Assembly (NCBI GenBank): GCA_019828565.1
Contig: JAHDYR010000064.1
Span: 186,001 to 250,000, forward strand
DNA: 64,000 bases
Direction: 5' to 3'
Origin: Carpediemonas membranifera BICM
Taxonomy: Eukaryota > Protista > Fornicata
In this document: piece after piece, positions 24,301 through 35,218 of the stretch
How the letters are laid out: every line of letters starts with the position of its first letter
Position numbering within the stretch: position 1 is the first letter of the stretch
Program-made: the position numbers and the translations under genes
The notes under the pieces: generated by a model
The model's input: only the letters and a program-made list of their open reading frames with translations
The model's database searches: none
Told to the model about the DNA's origin: nothing

Positions 24301-25840
24301 GGAGGCCATCGGTGGCGTCCTCCGGGCGTGAATCCGGAAGAAGTGGGATGTGGAGGCCACTCTCGGAGAGATAACCGAGCGCGCGAAGCACGTCGCATCC
24401 AATGAGCACACGTTCAGTGGCGCGCGTCATGATGTAGAGGATGAGATCGACGATGACGTTTCCAGATGTGCTGGGCAACGTGATCCGCGCTTGGACGTAG
24501 TGAGTGATGAGGATGGGCTCATTGGTAACGGACTGAACAGTAAATGGCTTTTCAAGCTCATGTGTGACGAGTTGGAGCGTCTTAACGGAGGTTGTGGAGA
24601 TGATCGTGATTGCGGAGCCGCTATCGATCAATATCACCTGTTCTTGGTCATTCACAGCTCCCTTAACTGAGAATGCAGTTGAAGCGGCAACTTCTTCGAT
24701 AAAGGCATCATCACAAGCATTGTGTGCGACTTCGACTTCGTGGACTCCTGGACGAGAGTTGATCAGCTTGGATCTGTCCCGGAGCACCATGTTCCCAGCG
24801 CGTCTCTCGTCGGGGCGAGGCTGTGGCTGCTGGGATGACTGTTGCTGCTGCTTCTGAGCAGCTGGTGCCGGCTGTGGCTGAGCCGGTTTGTTGGCCGCTT
24901 GGGGCTGGCGTTGCGGCTGAGGTGCCGGTCTGGCGTCGCGGGCCGCGGCGGGGTGGCCTTTGGTAGCCTGGGGCTGTCCGGGCGTGCTGCCGCGGTGCGG
25001 GCAATCAGCCTTCCAGTGCATGCCTCCACAGGAGCACGCGTATGGAGGAGGGCGCCGGCGCTCGCGGCGGGATCTGGTGTTGGCGTTCTGGCTATGTTTC
25101 GGGCCAGTGCTGGAGCTCGTGATGGAGCTCGTGCTGGAGGATGTGATGGATATGTCTTGAATCACGCTTCCGAGGACTTCACGGGCGTCAATGGCGTGCA
25201 GTATGAGCTCGCGCGTGTGCACAAATAAGCTATCGATGTCCCGGGCGCCAGAGAGGTCCCACTTTTGCTGAATACGGTTGGCAAGTGAGACCGGGCGAAG
25301 GGCGGCGATAAAAGCTTTGGCGATGATCTTATCGAGTCCGCGGGTGGGGCTGGCTTTTCTCGGGGTGTCCTGCTCACTCGGCGTGCTGTCTAGCTTCTGG
25401 GTGATGACCTTGCTGAGGGCGGCCTCGTCTTCATCCACCTCGGCGGGCTCGGGCTCTGGCTTGGCGCCGAGCTCGGCGTTGAGAAGGGCATGGGCGTGGG
25501 AGCGCAGCTCCTCGGTCTCAGCCATGAGACGAGATACGGCCTCGATCGTGGACTTGGTTCGGTCCTGCGTGAGGGCCCGGATTTCTTGGATGGTTTTCTC
25601 AAGGGTTCTCGGGAAAGAAAGAGCGGTGATTTCGGCGAGAAGTTCTGCGTCGTTGAGTGCTTCGACGTCGACGTTGCGGACAAATCGGACATGACTGACT
25701 TGATCCTCGGTGAGGCACTCGTAAGCCGTTATGACGGTTGTGGTAGGAGCATGCTTCTGCGCGAACGTGAGGGCGCGTTTGAACGCGCGAACGGACTCTC
25801 TAGAGAAGTCCGATAGTGATGGCGGAATCCAATTATTCAT
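21387..25840 (-). CDS. Gag-Pol polyprotein of element B (CCHC knuckle, protease DSGS, RT YIDD, RNase H, integrase, chromodomain); two +1 homopolymer frameshifts near 21787 and 21672
   Basis: 1399-aa ORF plus the C-terminal YVVQGIEKHRR...LLVCWEGDYDPTWEP chromodomain in a shifted frame. Confidence 0.92.
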
Positions 25841-25856
25841 TTCGGAAAGTGATCAC

Positions 25857-25917
25857 TGTGCCGGGGCGAAGAGATTGGAACATTTACATAAACTGCGGAC
25901 GTGGATGCCTTATGACA
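25857..25917 (-). repeat. 5' LTR of element B (61 bp)
   Basis: Identical to 21334-21394. Confidence 0.95.
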
Positions 25918-26879
25918 GTACTGCTTCTTGTCCTTGTCGTACTCCCGGTACCAGCCGTGGAGCAGCTCCGCATCCTTAGCCTGGCAGCGGCCAACCTTGT
26001 GACCCACTCCGCCACAAGCATAACACTTGAACCTGGCCTCCCGTACACCCGCGCCTTGAGACGATGTCTGAGCCTCCTTCCGCTCAACCGGCTCATCTTG
26101 CCGGGTCTTGGCCTTCTTTCCCGGTCGGGTGACCAGGCCAGTGCGAAGCGCCTTCGCGATGCATCGTAGTCCTCGGCGAGTTCCGCTGCCCGGGCCTGAA
26201 CCTTCTCGAGGGTATCGTCGCTGACACCCTCCCTCTTCAGGTCCTCTGCGAGTGCTGTGTTCTGGATCAGCTTGCGGTACGTGCGGATAGTCTCCTTCGG
26301 CTTGGGCGTCGCCGACTCGGTCACGTACTCGAGGAACTGATTCACACGAGCGTTGACCAGCGAGACGCGTTCCTTAAGAGAGTCTCCCTTGTACGAGACC
26401 TCTGTCACGGGGCTACTCATATATTTATGGTCTACGTACCATTCTTTGTAAATCACACACTCGTCAATCGTTTTGCCCTTAACTGGGTCACCTCCACCTG
26501 CGCCATCTTGGTAAGCGTGTCCGCCGCGTCCACGGGCGACACGATGTTGGTCAGAGCGGTACGTAACTGGTCCTCCGTATCGACCGGGCCGCTCCTTCCC
26601 TTCAGCTCTGCCTCAACAGGCGCCACGAGTTGGGTCATCTTCCTGGTCCCACCAGCAGACTTGTACTCTGTGAAACGCTTGAGGAACCACCGCACACTGG
26701 CCTCCTTGAGGTCCCGCAGTGTTGGCGCCTCTTGGACGCTGGCCTCGAGCTGCACGTTACCACTTTTGGCTTCAAGAGCCGCAGTGAGCTTCTCGATCAT
26801 CTGCGCCTGTCGTTCCGATAGGGCCATGAGCTTCTCTAGGGTTCCGCTTGATTCATTGTTGTTGTTAGCCATTGATCAA

Positions 26880-26960
26880 TGTAGCTCTTCTAGGATCCTC
26901 AATGAACGAATGAACTGCTTTAACCTGCGGGGCAGACCCAACTATAAATATCACATTACA
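26880..26960 (-). repeat. 5' LTR of element A (81 bp)
   Basis: Identical to 17872-17952; followed by ACAG (26961-26964). Confidence 0.95.
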
Positions 26961-28372
26961 ACAGTGAAGACCCAGTTGTTCTCGGTGGTGTCGAAGTCGA
27001 TGAAGCCGTAGTGGATCGAATCCGGGGCAACATTCTTGGAGGCGGAGATGGGCGCGGCGAAGTCGGTCATCTGAACGTTGTCGATGATGCTAACGACGTT
27101 GGTGGCAACGACAGCAGAGAAGTCGGTGTTGATGCTGACAATGACGGCCTCGTCGGCATCGTTGGCACCGATGAGGATCTTGGAGATGCCGTTCTTGTCG
27201 TAGTTCATGATCTGCTGGAACGAAACATCGGTGGAGTCGACGGTGACGTTGCCCTGGAGGGTGAGGTCCATGCCGAACTTGAGGATCTCGTTCCCGGTGT
27301 AAATGAAGACGCTGGAGCCGTCGCAGAACATAGGCATCGGCTCCTCGGTGGAACGCCCGAGGGAAGCAGAGCTGAGCGTGGAACCATGGTAGTTGAGGGA
27401 CCAGAAAGAATCGGTGGCATTGCGGACGAAGATGTGGGGCTTGTTGTCCTCGTAGGTGGGGTTGGGTACGGGGGCGCCTGTGGGGGTGTCAAGGGTGGTG
27501 ACAAAGGTGAAGGTCTGGTCGACGGGGATGTCGATGATATCAGCCGCAGGATGGGTGAGGAGGTCCTCGACGACCATGCGGTAGAAGTTGAAGGTGATAA
27601 ACTTCCAGGGATAGCTGTTAGTGTCCATGGAGGTGGAGAGGGCGTCAAAGCCAGAGCCGTCGGCCTTGGGGAGGAGGTAATCGATGTCAGTCGGGAGGTA
27701 TCTGGTGACGTTGGGGTTAGTCCAGGAGATACGAGCAGTGCGCGATGTAGTATCGCACACAGCAACGGTGACAAGGAAAAGAAGAGCAAAGAGCTTGATT
27801 CTTGACATTTTTGCGGAAGTGGTCGCTTTGATATGATTTTTTCGCAGAAAAAAATGGATCCGGTGCTAAAAAGAGCGGAGATCGCGCAAATGAATCATCG
27901 GAATATTCTGAAATCTAGCCAATTATCGCCCTTTTGCCGGAAAGCTAGCCTATCCTGCAAGAGATCCCATCGCGCATGAAACCGATTTTTTCTCTCATAA
28001 AAATTTGACTCAGTCGGCGGTGCTGGGTTGGGTTCATGCGCGTTGGAGCAACATTGACATGGTCTCAACTCGGTCATACTTGACTTACAGTGTTGTTCGC
28101 CGCGCATGTTGCAACCAACTTGCTCGTCGCAGTCAGGCATAGTTCGTTGGCGGTATGACCATCATCGTGCGTTCAAAAAGCGATCTAGCCGACCAGCGGA
28201 GTTATCTTAGCCCGTTCGGCTCGATTTGCCTGGCTTGGCTGCCGCGCCGTCCGATCAATTCGACCGGATCGATCTCCAGACATCACAACCTCGGAGCAGG
28301 CGCATCAAACCATTCATACAGCAACCCAACCCAACCACTCACCCCAAAGATATCAAAAATATCTATTTATAA

Positions 28373-30824
28373 TCAACACTCGACCTTATGAACGAAGTTT
28401 GACGGGAACATGCCAGTCTTCCCAGTTCTCTCATTCAGCCCAATATACCAGTCCTCACTGGCCACCTGAGTCACTGACAAGAAGTCGCCCTTGGCCATGT
28501 CAATCTCATCGTCGTCACTCTTCTCATAGTCGAACTGTGCCTCCACGCGCATGATTGCGTTGGGCACGGTGCTGGCAGGCTTAGACTCGGCCGTATCCTG
28601 CTCAGGCGAAGTCTCCGAATCCCAGTCATCGTCGGACTCCTCCTCGGCAGCCTTGCCCTGAAGTCTGGCTGCGAGCATGGCGGCGACAGGGTTCATGCCC
28701 CCAGGGCGGGTCTGCCCTTCTTGGGCGGGGTCGGCCCGATCTGGGTCGGCCTTTGCGGCTGAGACAGGCTTGGCTGTGGCTGCAGCAGCTGAGGCAAGAG
28801 AGGCAGGGGCTTGCTCAGGCTCCGGCTCAGCATGTGCCTCGACAGCAGGTTCTTCTCCTTCCTGAGCAGCATGGCAAGCAGCAAGGTACGCCTCCTCGCT
28901 CATGACATCCAGGTAGTTGTATGGCACGTTCCCCATCTCGTCCGTGTGCATGTTAACGATACTAGCCCAGCCATTGGGGTCAACGCTGACTATACGGACA
29001 TACTGGCCCTCCTCGATGTCGGCCTCATCCTGGTCCTGCTTGGAGTATGCGTAGAGTGCCAGACCGTACTGTACAGGCTCGGACTTGTCCTTCTTCTCCT
29101 TCTTCTCCTCCTTCTTTCCCTTAAACTGCGGCTGGGCAGGTGTGGCAGGCTTTGGCAGGCCGGCGAGAGGGTTCGTCTGGTCGTCCTCCATGAGAGAGGC
29201 GGGGAACTCGGGAATGTCGACCTCGAAGCCGTCGACAGGGGTGGCCTTGCGCTGTGACATGGCAGCGATCTGGGAGATCACGTACTTCGGCTCCAGAGCC
29301 GCAATCCGATCCGAGATTTTCGCCAGATACGCATCCTGAGCGCGGAGCTCAACTGAACGAGTCGCAACGTATGTTTGGAGGGCGTTCCTGACCTCTACAA
29401 TCCGAGTAAGCTCGGTAGCTTCGAGCTCCTTGAGCTGGGAGGCTAGTACGGCGTCGAGCTGGCCTCTGGCCGTCTGATATTCCGTCTGCTTCTCACGGTA
29501 CGCCTCGAGCACTTTAAGGTACTTCTCATGGGCGGACTTGAGCTTCTTATCGACGTTTCTGCCAGCGTTATGGTCGAACTGCAGCTTCTTGACCTTCGCC
29601 TCCTGGGCCTGGACGTCTGCTACGCTCTTCTTAATGCCAGTAACGAAACTCTGGAAGGTTCGCACCGTACCCTCGACGACTCGGTTCACTTGGTCCACCT
29701 GGCGCGGCACAGCGTCGCGGGCAGCGTTCAGGGCCTTGACAACCGTCTCCTTCGTTGTGTGATCTGAGTCAATAATGGCCTTGTTTGTCTCAGCGTGCTC
29801 GGCGATGACTGTATTCCACAACGAACGCATGAGGGCGCCTTCATCAGGCGAGGAGCAACTCTTGAGCTTCGTCAGATCGCGGCGAATGTCGTTGTTGATC
29901 TCGATTCTTGTGCCAATGATGCTGAGCATCTGCTGCATGGTCACGCGGCGCTTGGAGATCACGTCATCGCAAATATACCTGAAGTCCGCAAGAGTGAGGG
30001 TCTCAAACGACTTCTGCTCCTCTAGCACGGCCACGCTGCGATGGTACTCGCTCGACCCGTGTTGCTCGAGCATCGTCTTCACAGTAGGAGGCAGGGCAAC
30101 CACGAGGGAGCCGTCGGCCTGGGGGTGAACGGTGTCCACAGCGTCGGCGATCTCGGTGCGGAGGGAATCGTGGACGGTGCGCATGTCCAGGATCTGGAAG
30201 GGATCAGAGGTCGCCAGCTTGGCCTTGCGCTCCTTGATGGCGGCTTCTGAGCGCTGGATGTCCTTGCTGAGGCGGCCGAGGACGTCGTCGTAGTGGGCAT
30301 CCTTCTTGTCAGCGTCAACCTTAAGCTGCTCGAGCAGAGCGATCTCACGGGCATTGATTGTGTTGCGGAGGTCCTCGAAGTGTGCCTGGACCGCGTCGTA
30401 TGAGGAGGCATGGGTCGCGGCTGCTTCGGCCCTGAGTCGCTGAGTCAAATCCTTTCTCTTGACAAGATCCTTAAGCTGCTGCTCATGAATGTGGGTCTGT
30501 TCCTCAAGGTCAGGGATGGATCGGGCGAGCGCTTCCTGTGTTAGAGAGGGCGTGTGGGGTAAGACGAACCTTGAGGGTAATAATCTCGTGGCCTGCTGAA
30601 GAGAACAGCGCGCACATGTGGCAGACGATCTTCTTCTCATCATAGTCGTAAACATCGAGCTCTTTGCTGTGCTGAGGGCAAAGGTGAACGCCCTTGGCAG
30701 GAGTAACAACCGCGGGGGTCTCAGGCTTCGCCATTTGAAGCTGCGCAAGAGCTGCGGCAAGCTGATCTCCTTCTAATGTCGATAGCAGCGCTTGGATCTG
30801 CGCTGCTACGTTTTGCTCAGCCAT
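28373..30824 (-). CDS. B-box + coiled-coil + F-BAR-like + two SH3 domain protein; 34-nt intron at 30536-30569
   Basis: CPQHSKELDVY...IVCHMC...GH B-box; ALYAY...GW...GNVPYNYL and AQFDY...DWYIG...GMFPSNFV SH3 domains; intron GTTCGT...CTAACACAG joins the frames. Confidence 0.85.
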
Positions 30825-31087
30825 GTTCTTCTTGTGTTGTCGTGCTGAAGACCATTTATCAGTTACATGTCCCGTATGTATAGCTGCATTACTGAGACTT
30901 CCACGCGTACATATGAACTTATCAAGCGATGCTTCGCTGCACTGACCTCTGGCGTCCAACACCATATCGCCAATCCGAGACAGTGCTGGCTCCATCAACA
31001 TGACTCTCCCCGGCACATGTTACTCACATTGACCTTAAACTGCCATTTACGCGCGAAAGATAACTAGTTTTACAACAAAGTGGCTGC

Positions 31088-31912
31088 CTACTGATTGAGC
31101 GAGACTTCAATGCCCTGACAGGTCTGCTCGAGTAGCTTCAGAAGTGTGTCCTCTGTGTGCTGTCTCTCCGCCCGCTCCTTGGCTACATCCGCAGTCATCC
31201 GAGTCGCGACGTCCTCTAGCATCTTGAACTGGGTCTGCTCGGCCTCTTCACGCATCGTCACCTCGGCCTTCAGTGTCTCTTTCAGTATCATGAGCTCTTC
31301 TGTGTATCGCCTTATGATTTGCTCGTGCTTTTCTTCTCTCTCTGCGCTGGCGCTGCGGTTGGCGGCCGCGAGTCGGTTGGCTCTCTCGCGGATTTCTGCT
31401 TGTGTTCTTTCGAACTCCTCCTCGGATGCCTTGCACTCCTTATTCATGTCCAAGCGTATACTGTAGCATTCCTCGTCTATAGACTTAATTGTCTTTGACT
31501 CGAGCTCCTTTCGTTGCTGGCGCTCAGCCTGAAGGTCCATAACGACAGATGACTCGACCAGCCGAAGCTCCTTGGTTCCCTGCTCCGCAAGCATCTCTAG
31601 GCCAACATGCTGGGAGGCTAATGCCTCTTGGAGACGGTTGAGAGCTGTCCGAATGTTCCCTTGGTCGGCGTCGGTTGAATACACTGAGTCGATGCGTTCG
31701 TCGATAAGACGGATCTTGAGTTCACATTCTGCTTGGCGGTGTTGCTTATCTTCATCCAGATTCACTTGTATGCCGCTCAGCTTGGTCGTGAGGGAACGAA
31801 TACGCATCTGGCTTGGAGTCTGCGAGAAGTTCAGCGTTTCGCTCGAGACGCTTGTTCTCATGCTTGAATGGAGGCCATTCGTGCTGTTGGAATACAAGGA
31901 CCGCGTGACCAT
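31088..31912 (-). CDS. SF-assemblin / beta-giardin family striated-fibre protein
   Basis: Ser/Thr-rich head and a coiled-coil rod ending ERAERQHTEDTLLKLLEQTC; start uncertain. Confidence 0.75.
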   Translation of the reverse strand: MVTRSLYSNSTNGLHSSMRTSVSSETLNFSQTPSQMRIRSLTTKLSGIQVNLDEDKQHRQAECELKIRLIDERIDSVYSTDADQGNIRTALNRLQEALASQHVGLEMLAEQGTKELRLVESSVVMDLQAERQQRKELESKTIKSIDEECYSIRLDMNKECKASEEEFERTQAEIRERANRLAAANRSASAEREEKHEQIIRRYTEELMILKETLKAEVTMREEAEQTQFKMLEDVATRMTADVAKERAERQHTEDTLLKLLEQTCQGIEVSLNQ

Positions 31913-32386
31913 GTCAGGTTCGCCTCGTGGCAGCGCGATGGTCGACTGCGCTCGAGTCACGTGCCATGGCACCACGGGCGTGAGATCAGCCTGGGGCGAT
32001 GATCCGCGTAGTGAAGGCGGCAAAGTTCAGCCAATCTTTGTGTTCTGTCGTGAGGTCGTGAGTGACCATAATCTGCACCGTTGGGTAAGGTTGGAGAACC
32101 AACAGCGAAGTCACCTGCCCCGGCTTTCTCTCTCACACTACAGATCCTATCGCATGCTACTGACTATCTGCCCGAGTCTCGATTTCCCAAGAATCGAATC
32201 TGGTTCGATTCGAAAGTCGTGGTTGGTCCCGATTCGGTCGCCTGCCGACTGTGACAATAAGACACGCCCTGCCCCACACTCAAACCATACACTACTTAAC
32301 ATGTCAAACAAGATATTGGGCAGGATCGCCGATAATGAATGAATCAAGTTTTAGAGTCCGGGAGTCGTTTCCAGTGCCCGCAGCCG

Positions 32387-34324
32387 ATGCCTAGTTCCGT
32401 TAAGAAGCTTCCGTCGTCCGTCAAGAGGCTCCATAGAGCACAAAGTGGCCTTCAAAACCATCTACCGTTGGCTCCAGCGGTGGTCCGGTCTTTCCGGGTC
32501 CCTATCTATCTTGTGCTCTTCGTAGTCGTCAACATTCTCTTTTCGTGGGGAAATGACGCGTACTTCAGTCTCCAATCCTTTTACAAGGACACGTACGGCT
32601 TCTCCTCCATCCAGTTGTCAGTTCTCTCCTCGATCTACTCCCTTCCTAACTGCCTGATCCCCATCATCTTCGGCGTCCTTGTAGACCGGTTCGGCGCCTC
32701 CAAGTCGTTCGCAGGATCTACCATCTTCATGGTTATCGGGGTTTTCTTCCTTATGATCTCTGGCCTACCATCTTCCTCTCTCATTGCCTTTGTTATTCTC
32801 TTGATATCCAGAGTTTCCCTGGCATTCGGCGGCCAGTCCATCTATACCTCCCACGATGTGCTGAACTTGAAGATCTTCGGCGTTGGTCTTGTTTCCCTCA
32901 CTCTTTCATCCTGCATCTCGGCTGGAAAGGTCGGCTCTGCCGCTGTGTTCCAAATCCTCTCCCGCCTGGCCGTAGTACTCGGGCTTAGGACCACTGCTCT
33001 CCTTAGCGGCATCGTATTCGCCCCCACCGCCTTCGTAGCAGCCGCCATCCTTATCCTGCACGCTAATGATCGCCGCAAGAAGAAGCACCACACGAACAAG
33101 ACCGTGTCCCAGGTGTCTACCATCGTATCCATGGGCTCTATCCCCGTGCCTATCCGAGACTACGCTACGGACTCGGACAACGATGACTACCTCGTCCTTA
33201 GCTCTTACCCTCAAACCCCGGCCGAGTTCCGGTCAGGCTATGCCCCAGCAGAGGACGATGTGGAATACGGTGCCAAGCACGGCGTGGCATGGGAGAAAAC
33301 TGGCTCAGTCGAGTCTCTTGGGGCCGATGTCGAGACCTCGCCCCAGTCGCCAGTCAAGGTCATAGTCACGGAGACGATGAAGTCCGAGCTGACCCACGCC
33401 CCGCGGTTTGGGTCCCGACTTGACTTTGGAGAGACTGATACGCCACCAGAAGAGCAGCTGCCGGCTGACGAGGAGACGATCATGGACGAATACCGCTCAC
33501 CCGAGCCTGACGACGCACGCTACAAGGACGAAGCAGCCAGCCACCATGACGGCCTGAGGTCCGACTCCGAGCTCGACTCTGAGGCCAGTCTGTCCGACGA
33601 TCTCGTCGCCTCAGTCCCCTTTGACCCGTTCATGAGTGCTGTGGTCGACCAGCTTCACCACGAAGACCACGCTGAGAGGGAGAACGACGCTGCCCAAGTC
33701 GACATCGCTCTTAGACAAACCGACCCAGACTCGTTGTGGTCTAACCGATTCTACTGGTGGCAGCTGCTGACTGCTAGTCTTATGTACGGGCTCTTCTATA
33801 GCTTCCCGTCTGTTGCTGGCGCAATGATGCAGGGAAGGAACAACTTGTCGAACACGGAGGCTACGTCGGCCGCGTCGTTTTATTATTTCGCGATGATACT
33901 CACCCCAATATGGGTAGTAGTGGTCGGTAGACTAGGCCAACGCTGTCTGTTTATGATTGCGATTCTCGCCCTCTCGATCATCGTCTTCTGTCTCATCCTA
34001 TTTACCCGATTTTCCCCAAACTTCATGGCGTTCCTCATTGGGCTATGTGCTTCTCCCATGGGCTCTGCCGTTTACTCTACCTTCGCGCTGACTGTCAGTC
34101 CAAAGGTTTCTGGCATCGCTTACGGGATATTCAACGCTGGGTTGAATGCCACTATTGGTGGTGTCATTTTTATGCAAAACATGCTTGCTGGCCAGTCGTG
34201 GAAGCTCGGGGTGATGACGTATATAGGGCACGCCGTTGTGGCTCTGTGCGCTGCCTTTGTCTTGTTCTTATTTGACCAGAGGACGGGCGCGAGGCTGTCG
34301 AGGGCGAAGCAGGCTAAACGCTGA
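32387..34324 (+). CDS. MFS transporter (MFSD1-like) with a long acidic central loop
   Basis: SIYSLPN, motif A GVLVDRFG, two bundles of TM helices separated by about 220 hydrophilic residues. Confidence 0.85.
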   Translation: MPSSVKKLPSSVKRLHRAQSGLQNHLPLAPAVVRSFRVPIYLVLFVVVNILFSWGNDAYFSLQSFYKDTYGFSSIQLSVLSSIYSLPNCLIPIIFGVLVDRFGASKSFAGSTIFMVIGVFFLMISGLPSSSLIAFVILLISRVSLAFGGQSIYTSHDVLNLKIFGVGLVSLTLSSCISAGKVGSAAVFQILSRLAVVLGLRTTALLSGIVFAPTAFVAAAILILHANDRRKKKHHTNKTVSQVSTIVSMGSIPVPIRDYATDSDNDDYLVLSSYPQTPAEFRSGYAPAEDDVEYGAKHGVAWEKTGSVESLGADVETSPQSPVKVIVTETMKSELTHAPRFGSRLDFGETDTPPEEQLPADEETIMDEYRSPEPDDARYKDEAASHHDGLRSDSELDSEASLSDDLVASVPFDPFMSAVVDQLHHEDHAERENDAAQVDIALRQTDPDSLWSNRFYWWQLLTASLMYGLFYSFPSVAGAMMQGRNNLSNTEATSAASFYYFAMILTPIWVVVVGRLGQRCLFMIAILALSIIVFCLILFTRFSPNFMAFLIGLCASPMGSAVYSTFALTVSPKVSGIAYGIFNAGLNATIGGVIFMQNMLAGQSWKLGVMTYIGHAVVALCAAFVLFLFDQRTGARLSRAKQAKR

Positions 34325-35218
34325 GAACGGAATACTGCCATAAACATAACGGATGCCTGTGCATTTCGAGCACTGGCGCTTGGTTGGAAGAGCTTGATCT
34401 GATCACAGTGTCACTCGCTCACTGTCGGTTGCTCCAAAAATGCTTCGTTAAAACAAAGAAACATGTGCGTTTATTCATCGTTAGTTGCTCTTACTAGCGC
34501 GACGCCATATTCTGGCATGCGTCTTCGCGAGACTAGAGCCGTCTTCGGCATGGAGGTGCACCTTCTGCTTCTTCGGCTGTTGGATCTTATGCTTAGCGCG
34601 TTGTTGCTTTCCACGAACTGCTTCTCTATACCCGTGGGTGTCAGTGAGGTTCATGCTTTCTTCTTCTAGACCTTGTAAGCTTCGCACTTCGCAGATGACA
34701 TTCGTGCTGGCCTCTACAACGGCATGTGGCGCTGCTTGCTTGATTGGTAGCTCATCGCGTTACATGGCGGGATATTACCATGCAACGGCGGTTATCGTGT
34801 GAGGGCAAAGACCGCAGCCGCGCCCTGGCCCGCGCGACCTTCAACTCACTCGTCCACGATGAAAATGACGACAGCAGAACGTCGCCACTGGCATGTATGG
34901 GCTCTTGGACAGTGTATGCCGGCTTGTTGCCAGTCCTGGTCTGGATTGCCGTTGAATTAATCACTGAAGTCGCTCTCGAGTCATTCTCTTGCCTCCCCTC
35001 CTCAAAGGTTCGTCTCTGGGCTTCCTATGATTATAATGAATACAGCGGAGAACTACGGTTGCTGCAGCACGTATACAGTCATAGTTACTATGAGGGCCAA
35101 CCATTATTCATCTCACACAGCTCAAAGGGTCCATTCCTCGGGCCTTTGACGTCCAATCGTTCATTTGATAACAACATCAACCATATATTACCAGCACCCA
35201 ACCATTTTTGTCTCATTA

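Larger units (their letters stand above)
21334..25917 (-). mobile_element. Inner Ty3/Gypsy chromovirus-type LTR retrotransposon (element B, 4584 bp) nested in the gag-protease junction of element A
   Basis: Identical 61-bp LTRs (21334-21394, 25857-25917), GTAC TSD (21330-21333, 25918-25921), PPT AAGGGGGGTAGGA. Confidence 0.95.
17872..26960 (-). mobile_element. Outer Ty3/Gypsy chromovirus-type LTR retrotransposon (element A, about 4.5 kb without the nested insert)
   Basis: Identical 81-bp TG..CA LTRs, ACAG TSD, PPT GGGAAGGCGG; gag with CCHC knuckle (CYACGGVGHKVGRC), protease, RT (LCVDYRRLN, YIDD), RNase H (TDAS), integrase (HSDQGTEF, GPY) and chromodomain in several frameshifted ORFs. Confidence 0.95.
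17444..27808 (-). pseudogene. Surface protein (signal peptide plus C-terminal hydrophobic anchor, about 423 aa) split by the nested LTR elements; parts 27808-26961 and 17867-17444
   Basis: Removing 17872-26960 and one ACAG TSD restores ...WVFTV|DGWANQTGTYMSMARIG... in frame. Confidence 0.85.

Noticed and set aside
19100-26490. Programmed ribosomal frameshifting in the retroelements
   Set aside because: The shifts fall inside RT, integrase and gag domains at homopolymers, not at a single gag-pol junction; indel error or decay is simpler
34440-34917. Gene or transposon remnant next to the inverted repeat
   Set aside because: Only short ORFs with stops and no motif I can recognise
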